62,374 nucleotides of DNA, filler included, from 6 parts of 6 records of this genome joined end to end with filler, not necessarily neighbours in it; one strand, 5' to 3'; numbered from the whole stretch's first letter, positions 10,289 through 22,040 are shown. Numbers and translations are program-made. The notes: a model not told the origin generated them from the letters alone.

Positions 10289-11683
10289 CTAGGACACAGC
10301 CTCAGCACGGTTGGTTGTGGCAACCCCCAGTGACTTCAGCTTACGATGAAGCGCGGAACGCTCCATTCCAATAAAGGCTGCTGTGCGCGAAATATTCCCA
10401 CCAAACCGGCTGATCTGCGCCATCAGATATTCACGCTCGAACGTCTCGCGGGCCTCGCGCAATGGTAGCGCCATAATATGTTCACCGCCCGAACCATTAA
10501 CCGTAATCTGGGCAGAAGAACCAACCTCGGCTGGCAGCATGTCTGCCGTCACCAGCCCTGACGGATCGCCTGTTGTCAGGATTAGCAGACGTTCAACATT
10601 ATTGCGCAACTGTCGGATATTCCCTGGCCAATCATGGGCTTGCAATGCAGCCATCGCGTCTTCCGAAATACCACGTGGCGGAAGACCTGTGGATTTTGAA
10701 ATCTGGCCCATGAAGTAATCGACCAAAGCAGGAATATCCTCACGCCGTGAAGACAATGGTGGCACCTGGATCGGTACAACATTCAGACGGTGAAACAGAT
10801 CCTCGCGGAACCGCCCCTTTGCAATTTCGTCGTTCAAGTCGCGGCTCGACGACGAGACAACGCGCACATCCACCTTCACTTTCGGGCCGCCGCCAACACG
10901 CTCAAAGGTCTGCTCGACCAAAACACGAAGGATCTTGCTCTGGGTTTCAAGCGGCATTTCGGCGACTTCATCTAGAAACAACGTTCCGCCATGTGCCTGT
11001 TCAAACACACCAACCTTGCGCTCTCCCGATGCACTGGCCTCCGTGCCGAACAGCTCGGTTTCCATGCGGTCTGGCGCCATCGTAGCTGCATTGATTGCCA
11101 CAAAGGCATGATTGGCGCGTCGCGAGCGAGCATGTAGCAGCCGGGCAACCACTTCCTTGCCCGCACCCGACGGACCGGTAATAAGCACGCGGCTCCCTGT
11201 TGGTGCCACCTTATCTACGGTCTGACGCACATGGGCAATCACAGGCGAACTGCCAACAAGCATGGTGTCATCACCGATACGGGTTTTGAGTTCCGAGTTT
11301 TCGCGCCGCAAGCGATAGGCTTCCATAGCCCGCTGAACGATCAGGATCAGTCGATCCGCCTTGAATGGTTTCTCAATAAAGTCATAAGCTCCCTTCTTGA
11401 TCGCCGAGACCGCAGTCTCGACATTGCCGTGACCGCTGATGATCACAACGGGCAAGTCAGGATGACGCTCATGAATCACATCAAGTAGCTCCAGACCGTC
11501 AAGACGACTGCCCTGCAACCAGATATCCAGCACAATCAGACTTGGCCGCCGTGCTTCAATTGCAGCTAACGCACTTTCGCTCTCACCTGCGACGCGCGTG
11601 TCAAAGCCTTCGTCGTTCAGAATGCCCGAAACAAGCTCACGGATATCCGCCTCATCATCAACAATTAGAATCTCAGATGCCAT
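10289..11683 (-). CDS. ntrX: NtrX response regulator
   Basis: Receiver LDIWLQGSRLDG, AAA+ domain without GAFTGA (ELFGTEA), HTH FIGMERSALHRKLK. Confidence 0.95.
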   Translation of the reverse strand: MASEILIVDDEADIRELVSGILNDEGFDTRVAGESESALAAIEARRPSLIVLDIWLQGSRLDGLELLDVIHERHPDLPVVIISGHGNVETAVSAIKKGAYDFIEKPFKADRLILIVQRAMEAYRLRRENSELKTRIGDDTMLVGSSPVIAHVRQTVDKVAPTGSRVLITGPSGAGKEVVARLLHARSRRANHAFVAINAATMAPDRMETELFGTEASASGERKVGVFEQAHGGTLFLDEVAEMPLETQSKILRVLVEQTFERVGGGPKVKVDVRVVSSSSRDLNDEIAKGRFREDLFHRLNVVPIQVPPLSSRREDIPALVDYFMGQISKSTGLPPRGISEDAMAALQAHDWPGNIRQLRNNVERLLILTTGDPSGLVTADMLPAEVGSSAQITVNGSGGEHIMALPLREARETFEREYLMAQISRFGGNISRTAAFIGMERSALHRKLKSLGVATTNRAEAVS

Positions 11684-13961
11684 TCATCGCCTCATTTCCG
11701 TCAGTCTTATTTCCAGCTACCATCTGATGCACACGCGGGAATGTCAGGCGCACCAAAGCGCCACATTCCCAGTCGTCTGTCACAGGAGCATCTTCCAATT
11801 CTAGCGTACCGCCATGGTCTTCCATCACCTTGTGGACAATGGCCAGACCAAGGCCTGTGCCCTTGCTGCGCGTTGTCATATAAGGTTCGGTGAGCCGCGT
11901 ACGATTGGTTTGCGGCAAGCCGCAACCCGTGTCGCGTACTTCAATAAAGATGAATTCAGGGTCTTCGCTGAGCTGGACAAAAATCCGGCCCATCTCTCCA
12001 TCCTTGAAGCCCCGCGCATGATCCTCGTCGACTTCGTGCCCACGAATAGCCTCAGCAGCATTCTTAAGAATGTTGGTCAGAGCTTGGCTGAGCAACCGTC
12101 CGTCACATTCCAGCCAAACTGAAGTGAGCGGCAAGTCGAGGATGTATTCGATTTCGGGATGAGCGATGCGCTGAAGAAACGATGCCTGACGCACGATCTC
12201 GTTCAGCTCGATCGACTTGATGACCGCTTCGGGCATCCGGGCAAATGAAGAAAACTCGTCAACCATACGCCCGATATCCCCGACCTGCCGGATAATCGTC
12301 TCGGTGCATTGCAGGAAAACATCTGGGTCAGTCATGATCTCTTTACTGTATTTCCGGCGCAGCCTCTCGGCAGAAAGCTGGATCGGCGTCAGCGGATTTT
12401 TGATCTCATGAGCAATACGTCGCGCCACATCCGCCCATGCAGATGTGCGCTGAGCTACAACAAGCTCTGTAATATCGTCAAAGGTCAGAACAAAACCACC
12501 AACACCGGAGTCTGTCACTTCCCGCGTCACGCGAATATTCAACGTCCGCTCAAGACCATTTCGGTTGATGATCAGCTGCGCACGCGCGCGTCGCTCCGAA
12601 TGGCTCCGCGCTTCTTTAAACAGTTCAGCCATTTCGGGAATAACGTCGGCAATATCATGACCGACAAGATCAACCTCATTCTCGTCGAAAAATCGCAGAG
12701 CCGCACGGTTGGCGTGATTGATCACCCCATCATTATCAAGCCCGAACACGCCGGCACTCACACCAGAAAGCACAGCCTCGGTAAACTGGCGGCGTTGGTC
12801 GAATTGATAATTTGCTTCGACAAGTGCGTTCCGCTGGCTCTCGAGCTGACTGGTCATATGGTTGAATGCACTGCTGAGCATATCCAACTCGTCGCCGGTT
12901 GCCCCGGGCTCCACGCGAGCACCAAGATCACCTGCCGATACGCGCTCAGCAGCATCAACAAGCTTACCAATCGGGTCCACAATGCGGTTTGATGCCCAAA
13001 GCCCCAACCAGATCGCGGCCAGCAATGTCACTAGTGCCACGGCCACATAAATCAGAGCAAACGTAAGCTGGAACGTAATGCGACGTTGCTCAAGGCTCTG
13101 ATATTCATTCACTGCCTCTCTGGTCTGAGCCAGATGATCCAGCACACGGCTATCTACCGGTCGCGCCACATAGAGAAATGTGTCGCTCTGCGACGGCAGC
13201 TTCACGAGTGCTCTTATCTGATCCACGGAATCCACCGTGAAAAGAACTGCCTCACCTTTCTTGGCTGAAGCGAATTGTTCCGGTGAAGGAAGGCCTATAG
13301 CGGGCATTCCCGACACAGTTGCCCGAGCTAAGACGCGCCCCTGTTCGTTGATCAGATATGCCGCCGGTATTGACCGCAAAGCAGCCTGAGTTGTCACAAG
13401 ATCCTGAAACTGGTCTGGGTTCGAGGCAAGATAAGGCGCCGCGCGATCAAGGTCGGTTGCCATGGCCAACGTGTCACCGCGCAGCACATGATGATGCTCA
13501 CTGAGGTAAGCCTCAGCGACCGTTTGTGCATTATTAATAATAACTTGCGTGCGTTGACTAAACCAAGCATCCAGCCCGCGATTGAGCGTCACCGCAGCAA
13601 ATACGGCCACAATGATCGCAGGCATCACCGCGACAATGGAAAACATAGCCACAAGGCGGGCATGAAGCTTAGAGCCTGCCGCACCACTAACCCGCGCCAT
13701 GATAATCCGAACCACGCGCCAGCAAATCAGCGCGAAAAGCACCAACACGATAGTCAGATTACCCAGCAACAGCGCAATCACTAGCCCACGGCTGGGCTTT
13801 AACGGCGTCAAACCGGTTAGGGTCATATAGGTAAAGGAGCCGAGGAATATAGCGGCGATAACCAGCCCAACGGACAAAGTGCCGGAAAAACCCCGACGCG
13901 ACATGACGCGCCAAAACCGCGCTTCCCAGCCGACCGCACTGGCACGGTCAACTGTCGTCAT
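11673..13961 (-). CDS. ntrY: NtrY sensor histidine kinase
   Basis: TM helices, [42 protein letters not shown]. Confidence 0.95.
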   Translation of the reverse strand: MTTVDRASAVGWEARFWRVMSRRGFSGTLSVGLVIAAIFLGSFTYMTLTGLTPLKPSRGLVIALLLGNLTIVLVLFALICWRVVRIIMARVSGAAGSKLHARLVAMFSIVAVMPAIIVAVFAAVTLNRGLDAWFSQRTQVIINNAQTVAEAYLSEHHHVLRGDTLAMATDLDRAAPYLASNPDQFQDLVTTQAALRSIPAAYLINEQGRVLARATVSGMPAIGLPSPEQFASAKKGEAVLFTVDSVDQIRALVKLPSQSDTFLYVARPVDSRVLDHLAQTREAVNEYQSLEQRRITFQLTFALIYVAVALVTLLAAIWLGLWASNRIVDPIGKLVDAAERVSAGDLGARVEPGATGDELDMLSSAFNHMTSQLESQRNALVEANYQFDQRRQFTEAVLSGVSAGVFGLDNDGVINHANRAALRFFDENEVDLVGHDIADVIPEMAELFKEARSHSERRARAQLIINRNGLERTLNIRVTREVTDSGVGGFVLTFDDITELVVAQRTSAWADVARRIAHEIKNPLTPIQLSAERLRRKYSKEIMTDPDVFLQCTETIIRQVGDIGRMVDEFSSFARMPEAVIKSIELNEIVRQASFLQRIAHPEIEYILDLPLTSVWLECDGRLLSQALTNILKNAAEAIRGHEVDEDHARGFKDGEMGRIFVQLSEDPEFIFIEVRDTGCGLPQTNRTRLTEPYMTTRSKGTGLGLAIVHKVMEDHGGTLELEDAPVTDDWECGALVRLTFPRVHQMVAGNKTDGNEAMNGI

Positions 13962-14155
13962 ATTCCGTTCCTGACCCGGCGCGAAGCCCGGAAATGAACA
14001 CGAAAAATTCTATACGACACCGACCAACCCCACCCTCATCCGTGTTAAATGCGCAACAAATTGCATCTAGCCGCCCGCATAGTGTCCTAAATGGCACGGC
14101 AGATCAATCGGAATGTTGCAAGTTTACCACGGCGATTATGGGGCGGAAAACCGTC

Positions 14156-15598
14156 CTATTTCAAGCCACGCACAACCTGAACTTCAAGTTCCCTGAGCTT
14201 TTTACGAAGTGTGTTCCGGTTTATCCCAAGCAAATGAGCAGCCTTGATCTGATTGCCTCGGGTGGCAGCCAGTGTCATGCCAAACAACGGCTTCTCGACT
14301 TCACGCAAGATACGGTCATAGAGACCAGGCGGTGGAAGATCATCACCAGCACTTGCGAAAAGCCGGTTCAAGGACCGCTCGACCGAAGAAGCCAACGGTT
14401 CGTCCACAGGCGCGTCCTGCAAAGGTCGTCCGAAATCCGGTTCCGCCAACTCAGCCTGTAGAACCGACGCGCCTATAGCCTCTTCGGTATAAAGAGCCGC
14501 AAGCCGACGGACGAGATTTTCAAGCTCACGCACATTGCCCGGCCAGCGATAGCGCTTAATGAACTCCATCCCTTCAGAATCGATGGTTTTGTGAGGCAGG
14601 CCCTCACCTTCTGCCAGCGACAAGAAATGGCGGACAAGATCAGGAATGTCCTCGGTACGCTCACGCAATGGAGGCAATCGAATTGGTACGACATTCAGAC
14701 GGAAGAAAAGGTCTTCGCGGAACAGCCCAAGATTGATGAGTTGACGAAGATCCTTATTGGTCGCCGCCACAATCCGGACATCGGTCTTGATCGCAGTACG
14801 GCCGCCGACAGTGGTGTACTCACCCTGCTGCAGGACGCGCAAAAGCCGTGTCTGCGCCTCCATCGGCATATCGCCAATTTCGTCGAGGAAAAGCGTGCCG
14901 CCTTCGGCCTGTTCAAAACGACCGGTCGCCCGCTGGCTCGCACCGGTAAAAGCACCCTTCTCGTGACCAAACAGCTCACTTTCAATCAACTCGCGCGGAA
15001 TAGCGGCCATGTTGATCGCCACAAAGGGACCATTGCGCCGCTTGCCATAATCATGGAGCGCGCGCGCCACCAATTCTTTGCCGGTGCCGCTCTCACCAGA
15101 AATCATCACCGTGAGATCAGTCTGCATCAGGCGAGCAAGCACACGGTAGATATCCTGCATGGCAGGCGAACGACCAATCAGGGGTATTTTGTCATCTTCA
15201 GGAACCGTGGCACGCGGAACAGCGCTTTCACGCGGGGCTGTAAGTGCACGCTCAACAACACGAATTAACTCATTGAGATCAAAGGGCTTTGGGAGATATT
15301 CATAAGCGCCGCGCTCTGCCGCCGTAATAGCTGTTTTCAGCGTATTCTGTGCACTCATCACGATGATCGGTAAATCCGGTCGCGCCCTCTTAATACGTGG
15401 GATGAGGTCGAACGCGTTTTCATCCGGCATCACAACATCCGTGATCACAAGATCGCCTTCACCCTGCGCCACCCAACGCCAAAGCGTCGCCGCATTACTG
15501 GTCGCTCGCACATCATATCCAACCCGCCCAAGAGCCTGATTAAGCACTGTGCGTATCGCCGCATCATCGTCCGCCAGCAAAATGGTGCCGCTCGCCAT
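14156..15598 (-). CDS. ntrC: Nitrogen regulation protein NtrC
   Basis: Receiver, [37 protein letters not shown]. Confidence 0.97.
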   Translation of the reverse strand: MASGTILLADDDAAIRTVLNQALGRVGYDVRATSNAATLWRWVAQGEGDLVITDVVMPDENAFDLIPRIKRARPDLPIIVMSAQNTLKTAITAAERGAYEYLPKPFDLNELIRVVERALTAPRESAVPRATVPEDDKIPLIGRSPAMQDIYRVLARLMQTDLTVMISGESGTGKELVARALHDYGKRRNGPFVAINMAAIPRELIESELFGHEKGAFTGASQRATGRFEQAEGGTLFLDEIGDMPMEAQTRLLRVLQQGEYTTVGGRTAIKTDVRIVAATNKDLRQLINLGLFREDLFFRLNVVPIRLPPLRERTEDIPDLVRHFLSLAEGEGLPHKTIDSEGMEFIKRYRWPGNVRELENLVRRLAALYTEEAIGASVLQAELAEPDFGRPLQDAPVDEPLASSVERSLNRLFASAGDDLPPPGLYDRILREVEKPLFGMTLAATRGNQIKAAHLLGINRNTLRKKLRELEVQVVRGLK

Positions 15599-15610
15599 AC
15601 AATCTAACTC

Positions 15611-16747
15611 CTAATATACATCCGAAGAATTTGGGGACTGGCTGCCAACACCGCCGGTATGCATGGGCAGCAGAATACGAAACACGGTACGTCTAGGCTG
15701 ACTCTCACATTCGACAATCCCGCCATGATCACCGATGATCTTCGCAACCAACGCGAGCCCAAGGCCAGTACCCGTTGATTTTGTTGTTACAAATGGGTCA
15801 AAGAGATGCGGCAGCAGGTCGGGGGGCACACCGGGGCCGTCATCTATCACGCAAATTTCCAGCGGCAGGCTGACACGATCACGACTACCCGGCATGGAGA
15901 GCCGCACACCCGGCCTATATGCGGTCGTAAGAATGATCTCACCATCAGTTCCACCAATGGCTTCCGAGGCGTTCTTCACCAAATTCAGCAGAACCTGAAT
16001 AAGCTGGTCCTTGTCGCCAAGAACAGGAGGCAAAGACGGGTCATATTCCTCATGAAACTTGATGCCCTTAGCAAAGCCGCTGGTCGCCAACTGCTTTACG
16101 TGCCCAAGCACAATGTGAATATTTACAGGCTCGCGCGGAACCGGTCGCTCGTCCGAAAAGACCTCCATCCGATCGACAAGCTTGCAGATCCGGTCTGTCT
16201 CGTCGCAAATCAGCCGTGTCAGGGTCCGGTCATCGGCCGTGGCGTTCAGTTCCAGAAGCTGGGCCGCACCACGAATACCTGAAAGCGGGTTTTTGATTTC
16301 ATGCGCCAGAATGGCCGCCATGCCCGTCACCGACCGCGCCGCGCTTCGATGGGTCAGCTGCCTGTCCATCTTATGCGCCATCGTGCGCACCTGAAGGATA
16401 AGCAGCACCCGACCGGGGAATTCACTGATCGGTGTCACCTGAATATCAACAGCACGATCCCCCGCCTTAGGCGTACCGATTTCGACACCATATTCATTGA
16501 CCGAAACGCCATGCTCAATCACCTGCTCGACAAGAGAAAGAGCCGGACTGCCAAAGGCTACAATATCGCTAAGGGGGTGATTGATAAGAACTGCGGCACT
16601 GGCAGCAAAGAAATGCTCGGCGCTGTCATTCACATATTCGATGCGCATGTCCTGACCGACAAGGATAACAGGATGTGGCATCGCATTAAGAATAGCCGCA
16701 GCTTCAGGCACACGGGAAACGGGCTTCTGGACCGCTGAAAAAACCAT
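15611..16747 (-). CDS. ntrB: Nitrogen regulation kinase NtrB
   Basis: PAS domain, [38 protein letters not shown]. Confidence 0.96.
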   Translation of the reverse strand: MVFSAVQKPVSRVPEAAAILNAMPHPVILVGQDMRIEYVNDSAEHFFAASAAVLINHPLSDIVAFGSPALSLVEQVIEHGVSVNEYGVEIGTPKAGDRAVDIQVTPISEFPGRVLLILQVRTMAHKMDRQLTHRSAARSVTGMAAILAHEIKNPLSGIRGAAQLLELNATADDRTLTRLICDETDRICKLVDRMEVFSDERPVPREPVNIHIVLGHVKQLATSGFAKGIKFHEEYDPSLPPVLGDKDQLIQVLLNLVKNASEAIGGTDGEIILTTAYRPGVRLSMPGSRDRVSLPLEICVIDDGPGVPPDLLPHLFDPFVTTKSTGTGLGLALVAKIIGDHGGIVECESQPRRTVFRILLPMHTGGVGSQSPNSSDVY

Positions 16748-17116
16748 CACGCAGCCTCGCTGGCAGCATGGGAACCTGCGGAACTCGCTGCTCGCTCGTA
16801 AAAATGATCAAGAGCAGCCAAAACCGCCAATGGTTCGCGCATACGCACGACTTCGGCCTTCACGGCCATTGCATCATCGGGAAACACGCGGGAAGCCTCT
16901 TCCAGATACCAAACAAGATGCTTGCGGGCCATACGCATGCCCAGTTCATTGCCATAATGCGAAAGCATGTCGCGATAATGGGCGGCAACAATGCGGCCCT
17001 GCTCCGACCAGCTTGGCGGTGCCAGCTTTTCGCCAGTTTGAAGATAATGGGCGACTTGCGCCAAAAACCACGGGCGCCCCTGCGCACCGCGTCCGATCAT
17101 CACGCCATCGGCGCCG
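16747..17116 (-). CDS. dusB: tRNA-dihydrouridine synthase DusB (NifR3), C-terminal part
   Basis: [26 protein letters not shown]; canonical position upstream of ntrB. Confidence 0.92.
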
Positions 17117-17216
17117 NNNNNNNNNNNNNNNNNNNNNNNNNNNNNNNNNNNNNNNNNNNNTTAATTAATTAANNNNNNNNNNNNNNNNNNNNNNNNNNNN
17201 NNNNNNNNNNNNNNNN
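17117..17216. other. Artificial contig linker
   Basis: N44-TTAATTAATTAA-N44. Confidence 0.99.
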
Positions 17217-17411
17217 CCGGGCTGTTCCATGTGTCTGGCCATGAACCCGGATCGACTGGAAGCCGGCGAACACTGCGCCTCCACCTCGAATCGTAACTTC
17301 GAAGGGCGCCAGGGTAACGGCGGCCGCACGCATCTGGTGAGCCCGGCCATGGCGGCAGCAGCGGCGGTGGCAGGCCATTTCGTTGATATTCGCGAACTCG
17401 ATCAGGCATAA
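17217..17411 (+). CDS. leuC: 3-isopropylmalate dehydratase large subunit, C-terminal part
   Basis: [38 protein letters not shown]. Confidence 0.96.
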   Translation, partial: PGCSMCLAMNPDRLEAGEHCASTSNRNFEGRQGNGGRTHLVSPAMAAAAAVAGHFVDIRELDQA

Positions 17412-17422
17412 GGAGCAACACC

Positions 17423-18067
17423 ATGGAAAAGTTTGTGCGTCATGATGGCCTGGTTGCCCCGCTTGATCGTGCCAATGTGGACACCGACCAGATCATTCCC
17501 AAGCAATTTCTCAAGTCCATCAAACGGACCGGTTTCGGGCCTAATCTGTTTGATGAGTGGCGTTATCTGGACGAAGGCTCCCCTGGCCAGGACAACAGTG
17601 TTCGCCCGGTAAATAAAGACTTTGTGCTCAATTTGCCTGCCTTTCAGGGAGCCAGTGTTCTGATTACCCGTCGCAACTTTGGTTGTGGCTCCAGCCGTGA
17701 ACATGCGCCCTGGGCGTTGATGGATTTCGGCTTCAAGGCGATCATTGCTCCGAGCTTTGCCGATATCTTCTACAATAACTGCTTCAAGAACGGCTTATTG
17801 CCCATTGTCTTGTCGGAAGATAACGTGGAAGCCCTGTTTCAGGCTGTTAACGGCAAGGAAGGCTACCGGCTCACTATTGATCTGGAAGGCCAGCAGGTGA
17901 TTCCCGAATCCGGGGCGGCGCTGCCTTTCGAGATTGATGAGTTCCGCAAGCACTGTTTGCTCAACGGTCTGGACGAAATTGGCCTGACCCTGAATGAAGC
18001 GGATGCGATTCGTGCTTACGAGAAAGGTCGCATGGAGCGCGAACCCTGGGTTTTTGCCGACCATTAG
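17423..18067 (+). CDS. leuD: 3-isopropylmalate dehydratase small subunit
   Basis: [37 protein letters not shown]. Confidence 0.98.
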   Translation: MEKFVRHDGLVAPLDRANVDTDQIIPKQFLKSIKRTGFGPNLFDEWRYLDEGSPGQDNSVRPVNKDFVLNLPAFQGASVLITRRNFGCGSSREHAPWALMDFGFKAIIAPSFADIFYNNCFKNGLLPIVLSEDNVEALFQAVNGKEGYRLTIDLEGQQVIPESGAALPFEIDEFRKHCLLNGLDEIGLTLNEADAIRAYEKGRMEREPWVFADH

Positions 18068-18088
18068 AAGAATAACCAAGGAGGTTGT

Positions 18089-18535
18089 ATGTTGCGTTTA
18101 CTTTCGCTGTCACTGGTTTCGGTACTGATGCTGGCTGCCTGTGCTTCCACGGGCATGTACGACGCCCCCACCGGGGAGCAGGCGGCCACGTTGAGCGTGG
18201 ATAACCAGCTGTCGGCCCCGACAGCGCAGGGCGAAGACGCCGGCTGGCAAATGCCCACCAGTAGCGAAGCCAAGGCATCCCTGTTCAAGGTGGATGGCGA
18301 GCGCATTACTGAGCAAGCGGGCGCGCAGAGTGTGCAGATTGAAGCCGGTAAGCATTCGGTGGAAGTGTTTGCCGACCAGGCGGGCATTCTTCGTTTCGGC
18401 AAGTTCCGCCACAACTTCGCACAAGGTGGCATCTATCAGGTTCGCATCAGTGCCGCTGAGGGTAAGAAAGATTACACCCTGGAGCTGGTAAAGGCGTCCG
18501 CGCCCGATGATGTTCTGGTAACCAAAGACTTTTAA
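18089..18535 (+). CDS. Hypothetical lipoprotein within the leu operon
   Basis: SD AAGGAGG, lipobox MLAAC, beta-rich mature domain. Confidence 0.75.
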   Translation: MLRLLSLSLVSVLMLAACASTGMYDAPTGEQAATLSVDNQLSAPTAQGEDAGWQMPTSSEAKASLFKVDGERITEQAGAQSVQIEAGKHSVEVFADQAGILRFGKFRHNFAQGGIYQVRISAAEGKKDYTLELVKASAPDDVLVTKDF

Positions 18536-18570
18536 TCGCCCGCAAGGGCAGTAGTAGACAGGAAGCAGTA

Positions 18571-19647
18571 ATGAGCAAGGTGTTGGTGTTGCCCGGTGAC
18601 GGTATTGGCCCGGAGATCGTGAAAGAAGCGGTCAAGGTGCTGAACGTGGCCAAGCAGAAGTTCGGGCTCGAGGTGGAGCTGGATGAAGCCCTGGTCGGGG
18701 GCGCAGCGGTGGATGCGGAAAATGACCCGCTTCCGGAAGGCACGCTGGAAAAAGCCCGTGCCGCCGACGCCATTTTGTTCGGCTCCATTGGCGGTCCGAA
18801 ATGGGACGCCATTGAACGCGACAAGCGTCCCGAGCGTGGCCTGTTGCGTTTGCGCTCGTCACTGGGGCTGTTTGCCAACCTGCGCCCGGCCATTCTGTTT
18901 CCGCAACTGGCGGATGCCTCCAGCCTGAAACCGGAAGTGGTATCCGGGCTGGATATCCTGATTGTGCGCGAGCTGACCGGCGGCATCTATTTCGGTCAGC
19001 CTCGCGGTATCAAGGAAGAAAACGGCGAGCGTGTGGGCTTCAATACCTATGTCTACACCGAGTCGGAAATGCGCCGGATCGCGAAAGTGGCCTTTGAATT
19101 GGCCATGAAACGTGACAAGCGCGTGTTGTCGGTGGACAAGGCCAACGTGCTGGAAGTCACCGAACTCTGGAAAGAAGTGGTCACCGAGGAGGCAAAGGCC
19201 TACCCGGAGATCGAGTTGTCACACATGTATGTGGACAACGCGGCCATGCAATTGGTGCGTGCGCCGAAACAGTTTGATGTGATTGTCACCGGCAATTTGT
19301 TTGGTGACATTCTCTCCGATGAAGCCGCCATGCTCACCGGCTCCATCGGGATGTTGCCCTCCGCGTCGCTGGATGAAAACCGCAAGGGCTTGTACGAACC
19401 CTGCCACGGCTCGGCACCGGACATTGCCGGCCAGGGCATCGCCAACCCGCTGGCGACCATTATGTCGCTGGCCATGCTGATGCGTTACAGCCTGGAGCGT
19501 GGTGATGTGGCTGATGCCATTGAAGCCGCTGTAGAGCGTGTTCTTGATCAGGGGCTACGTACTGCGGATATCTACACCGAGGGCACTCGCAAAGTGGGCA
19601 CCGAAGAAATGGGCAGCGCCGTTGCTGATGCTTTGTCACAAGCATGA
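18571..19647 (+). CDS. leuB: 3-isopropylmalate dehydrogenase
   Basis: [43 protein letters not shown]. Confidence 0.98.
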   Translation: MSKVLVLPGDGIGPEIVKEAVKVLNVAKQKFGLEVELDEALVGGAAVDAENDPLPEGTLEKARAADAILFGSIGGPKWDAIERDKRPERGLLRLRSSLGLFANLRPAILFPQLADASSLKPEVVSGLDILIVRELTGGIYFGQPRGIKEENGERVGFNTYVYTESEMRRIAKVAFELAMKRDKRVLSVDKANVLEVTELWKEVVTEEAKAYPEIELSHMYVDNAAMQLVRAPKQFDVIVTGNLFGDILSDEAAMLTGSIGMLPSASLDENRKGLYEPCHGSAPDIAGQGIANPLATIMSLAMLMRYSLERGDVADAIEAAVERVLDQGLRTADIYTEGTRKVGTEEMGSAVADALSQA

Positions 19648-19725
19648 CTGAGGTATGACGCACAGGCGCAACACGCGCATTGATTCACTGATAGAAAGGG
19701 CAACCCTTTCAGGAGACAGTTTCTA

Positions 19726-20838
19726 ATGAAGAAAGTCGGTTTTGTCGGCTGGCGTGGCATGGTGGGTTCCGTATTGATGGAGCGCATGACTGCCGAAAAT
19801 GATTTTGCAGATATCGAACCGGTCTTTTTCTCGACCTCCCAGGTTGGACAGGCTGGCCCGGACGTGGGCAAGGATATTCCGGCCCTGGGCGATGCCAAGA
19901 ATATTGATGAATTGAAAGCGCTGGACGTGATCGTGACCTGCCAGGGTGGCGATTACACCAGCGAGGTCTACCCCAAGCTGCGTGAAGCGGGCTGGGATGG
20001 CTACTGGATTGATGCTGCATCCACGCTGCGGATGCAGGACAACAGCGTCATTGTGCTGGACCCGGTGAACCGTTCCGTGGTGGATTCTGCTCTGGATACT
20101 GGCACCAAGGACTTTGTTGGCGGCAACTGCACAGTGAGCCTGATGTTGATGGCGTTGGGCGGTCTGTTCAATGAAGGGCTGGTCGAATGGGCCAGTGCCC
20201 AGACCTACCAGGCTGCGTCCGGTTCTGGTGCACAGAACATGCGTGAGCTGATTGCCCAGATGGGCAAGATCCACGGCGATGTTTCCGATAAATTGGCCGA
20301 TCCGGCCAGTGCGATTCTGGATATCGATCGCCAGGTGGCGGCAAGCATGCGCAGTGATGCCATGCCTCGTGAGCATTTCGGCTTCCCGTTGGCCGGCTCC
20401 CTGTTGCCCTGGATCGACAAGGAAATGGAGAACGGTCAGAGCAAGGAAGAGTGGAAAGCCCAGGCGGAAACCAACAAGATTCTCGGTCGTAGCGGCAATC
20501 CGATTGCCCTGGATGGCACCTGTGTCCGTATTGGTGCCATGCGTTGTCATGCCCAGGCGCTGACCGTGAAGCTCAACCGCGATGTGCCCATGGACGAAGT
20601 GAACGACATCATTGCCAAGTCCAACGACTGGGTGAAAGTGGTGCCGAACACCAAGGAAGACACGCTGCGGGATCTCACACCCACTGCCGTGACCGGAACC
20701 CTGGGGATTCCTGTGGGCCGTCTGCGCAAGCTGAACATGGGGGGCGAGTTCCTCAATGCCTTTACCGTGGGTGACCAGCTACTGTGGGGTGCGGCTGAAC
20801 CGCTGCGCCGTATGCTGCGAATTCTTCTCGAGCGCTAA
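19726..20838 (+). CDS. asd: Aspartate-semialdehyde dehydrogenase (gammaproteobacterial type)
   Basis: [10 protein letters not shown], catalytic [24 protein letters not shown]. Confidence 0.98.
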   Translation: MKKVGFVGWRGMVGSVLMERMTAENDFADIEPVFFSTSQVGQAGPDVGKDIPALGDAKNIDELKALDVIVTCQGGDYTSEVYPKLREAGWDGYWIDAASTLRMQDNSVIVLDPVNRSVVDSALDTGTKDFVGGNCTVSLMLMALGGLFNEGLVEWASAQTYQAASGSGAQNMRELIAQMGKIHGDVSDKLADPASAILDIDRQVAASMRSDAMPREHFGFPLAGSLLPWIDKEMENGQSKEEWKAQAETNKILGRSGNPIALDGTCVRIGAMRCHAQALTVKLNRDVPMDEVNDIIAKSNDWVKVVPNTKEDTLRDLTPTAVTGTLGIPVGRLRKLNMGGEFLNAFTVGDQLLWGAAEPLRRMLRILLER

Positions 20839-20858
20839 GCGCCAAATAGAGGTAAGTG

Positions 20859-21875
20859 ATGGATCGGTCTATCAATCTGGCCATCGTCGGTGCAACCGGC
20901 CTGGTCGGAGAGGCCATCATCAAACTGCTCGCTGATCGGAAATTTCCGGTCGGCGAGCTTTTTGTTTTGGCTTCTGAAAATGGCGCCGGCAGCAAGATCG
21001 CGTTTGCCGGCAAAACCCTGACAGTGCGCCCCGCCGAGGATTTTGATTTCTCTCAGGTGGAAGTGGCGCTGTTTGCAGCGGGAGCGTCGGTGAGCCAGGC
21101 CCTGGCGCCGGCTGCGGCAGAGTCCGGCGCGGTGGTGGTGGATCTGTCACCGGCCTACCGTTATGAGGCGGACATTCCGCTGGTCGTGGCCGATGTGAAC
21201 GACGAGATGCTGGCCCATGCCCGGGAGCAAAACCTGGTGGCCTGCGCTGATGCGTCCACGGTTCAGTTGCTGCGCGCCTTGAAACCGCTGACCGAACTGG
21301 GGCCCCTGCAGGACGTGGTGGTGACCCAGTTCCAGGCGGCGTCCGCCACCGGGAAGGCCGGCGTGGATCAGCTGGCCCAGCAAAGCGTGCGTCTGCTCAA
21401 TGGCCTGTCTCCCAGTGAGGCGGCTCAGGCCCAGATCGCCTTCAATGTGCTGCCGGTGAGTGGTCAGATTCAGGAAAACGGTTTCACCAGCGAAGAGCTG
21501 AAATTGATGCTGGAAACCCGCCGTATTCTGGCGGATCAGCCCCTGTCCATCCAGGTCACCACGGTGCGAGTACCGGTTTTTTATGGATACGGGCAGAGTG
21601 TCACCGTACGTAGCATGCAAGGGCTGTCGGCAGCGCAATGCCATGCCCTGTGGGATGACGGTGGCGATATGTCGGTGCAGGACAGTGATGATCCGCAAGC
21701 CATGTCCCCAGTGGCGATGGTGGAAGGAGAGCCTGTAATGCGACTTTCCCGGGTCCGTGAAGAGATGGAAGCGGGCGGGGCGTTGAGCTATTTTAGCGTT
21801 GCCGATAATGTCCGTTGGGGGGCTGCGTTGAACGCGGTGAAAATAGTCGAGAAGTTGCTAAAAGACTATCTGTAA
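20859..21875 (+). CDS. usg: Asd paralog, Usg-like (catalytic residues absent)
   Basis: VGATGLVGE, AFNVLP, RVPVFYG, ADNVRWGAALNAV; located between asd and fimV/truA. Confidence 0.8.
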   Translation: MDRSINLAIVGATGLVGEAIIKLLADRKFPVGELFVLASENGAGSKIAFAGKTLTVRPAEDFDFSQVEVALFAAGASVSQALAPAAAESGAVVVDLSPAYRYEADIPLVVADVNDEMLAHAREQNLVACADASTVQLLRALKPLTELGPLQDVVVTQFQAASATGKAGVDQLAQQSVRLLNGLSPSEAAQAQIAFNVLPVSGQIQENGFTSEELKLMLETRRILADQPLSIQVTTVRVPVFYGYGQSVTVRSMQGLSAAQCHALWDDGGDMSVQDSDDPQAMSPVAMVEGEPVMRLSRVREEMEAGGALSYFSVADNVRWGAALNAVKIVEKLLKDYL

Positions 21876-21938
21876 TGGATACTTACTGACATTATGTGAC
21901 GCGGTTTCTAGGTTTTGTCTCTGGCCTGAGGCAGAATG

Positions 21939-21954
21939 TGTGAACGGCGTCATA
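21939..21954. promoter_or_regulatory. Candidate CRP/Vfr site upstream of fimV
   Basis: TGTGA-ACGGCG-TCATA versus consensus TGTGA-N6-TCACA (9/10). Confidence 0.45.
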
Positions 21955-22040
21955 TAGGACAGCTTGCCGCCACGGGTACATCCGTAAGGCCCGCGGGATC
22001 GGGCTGAGCGCGGGAAACATAATAAATAAAGGGTTCGACC

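Noticed and set aside
14091..14110. TGGCAC as a sigma-54 -24 element (also at about 56199)
   Set aside because: No TTGC at the -12 position in either case.
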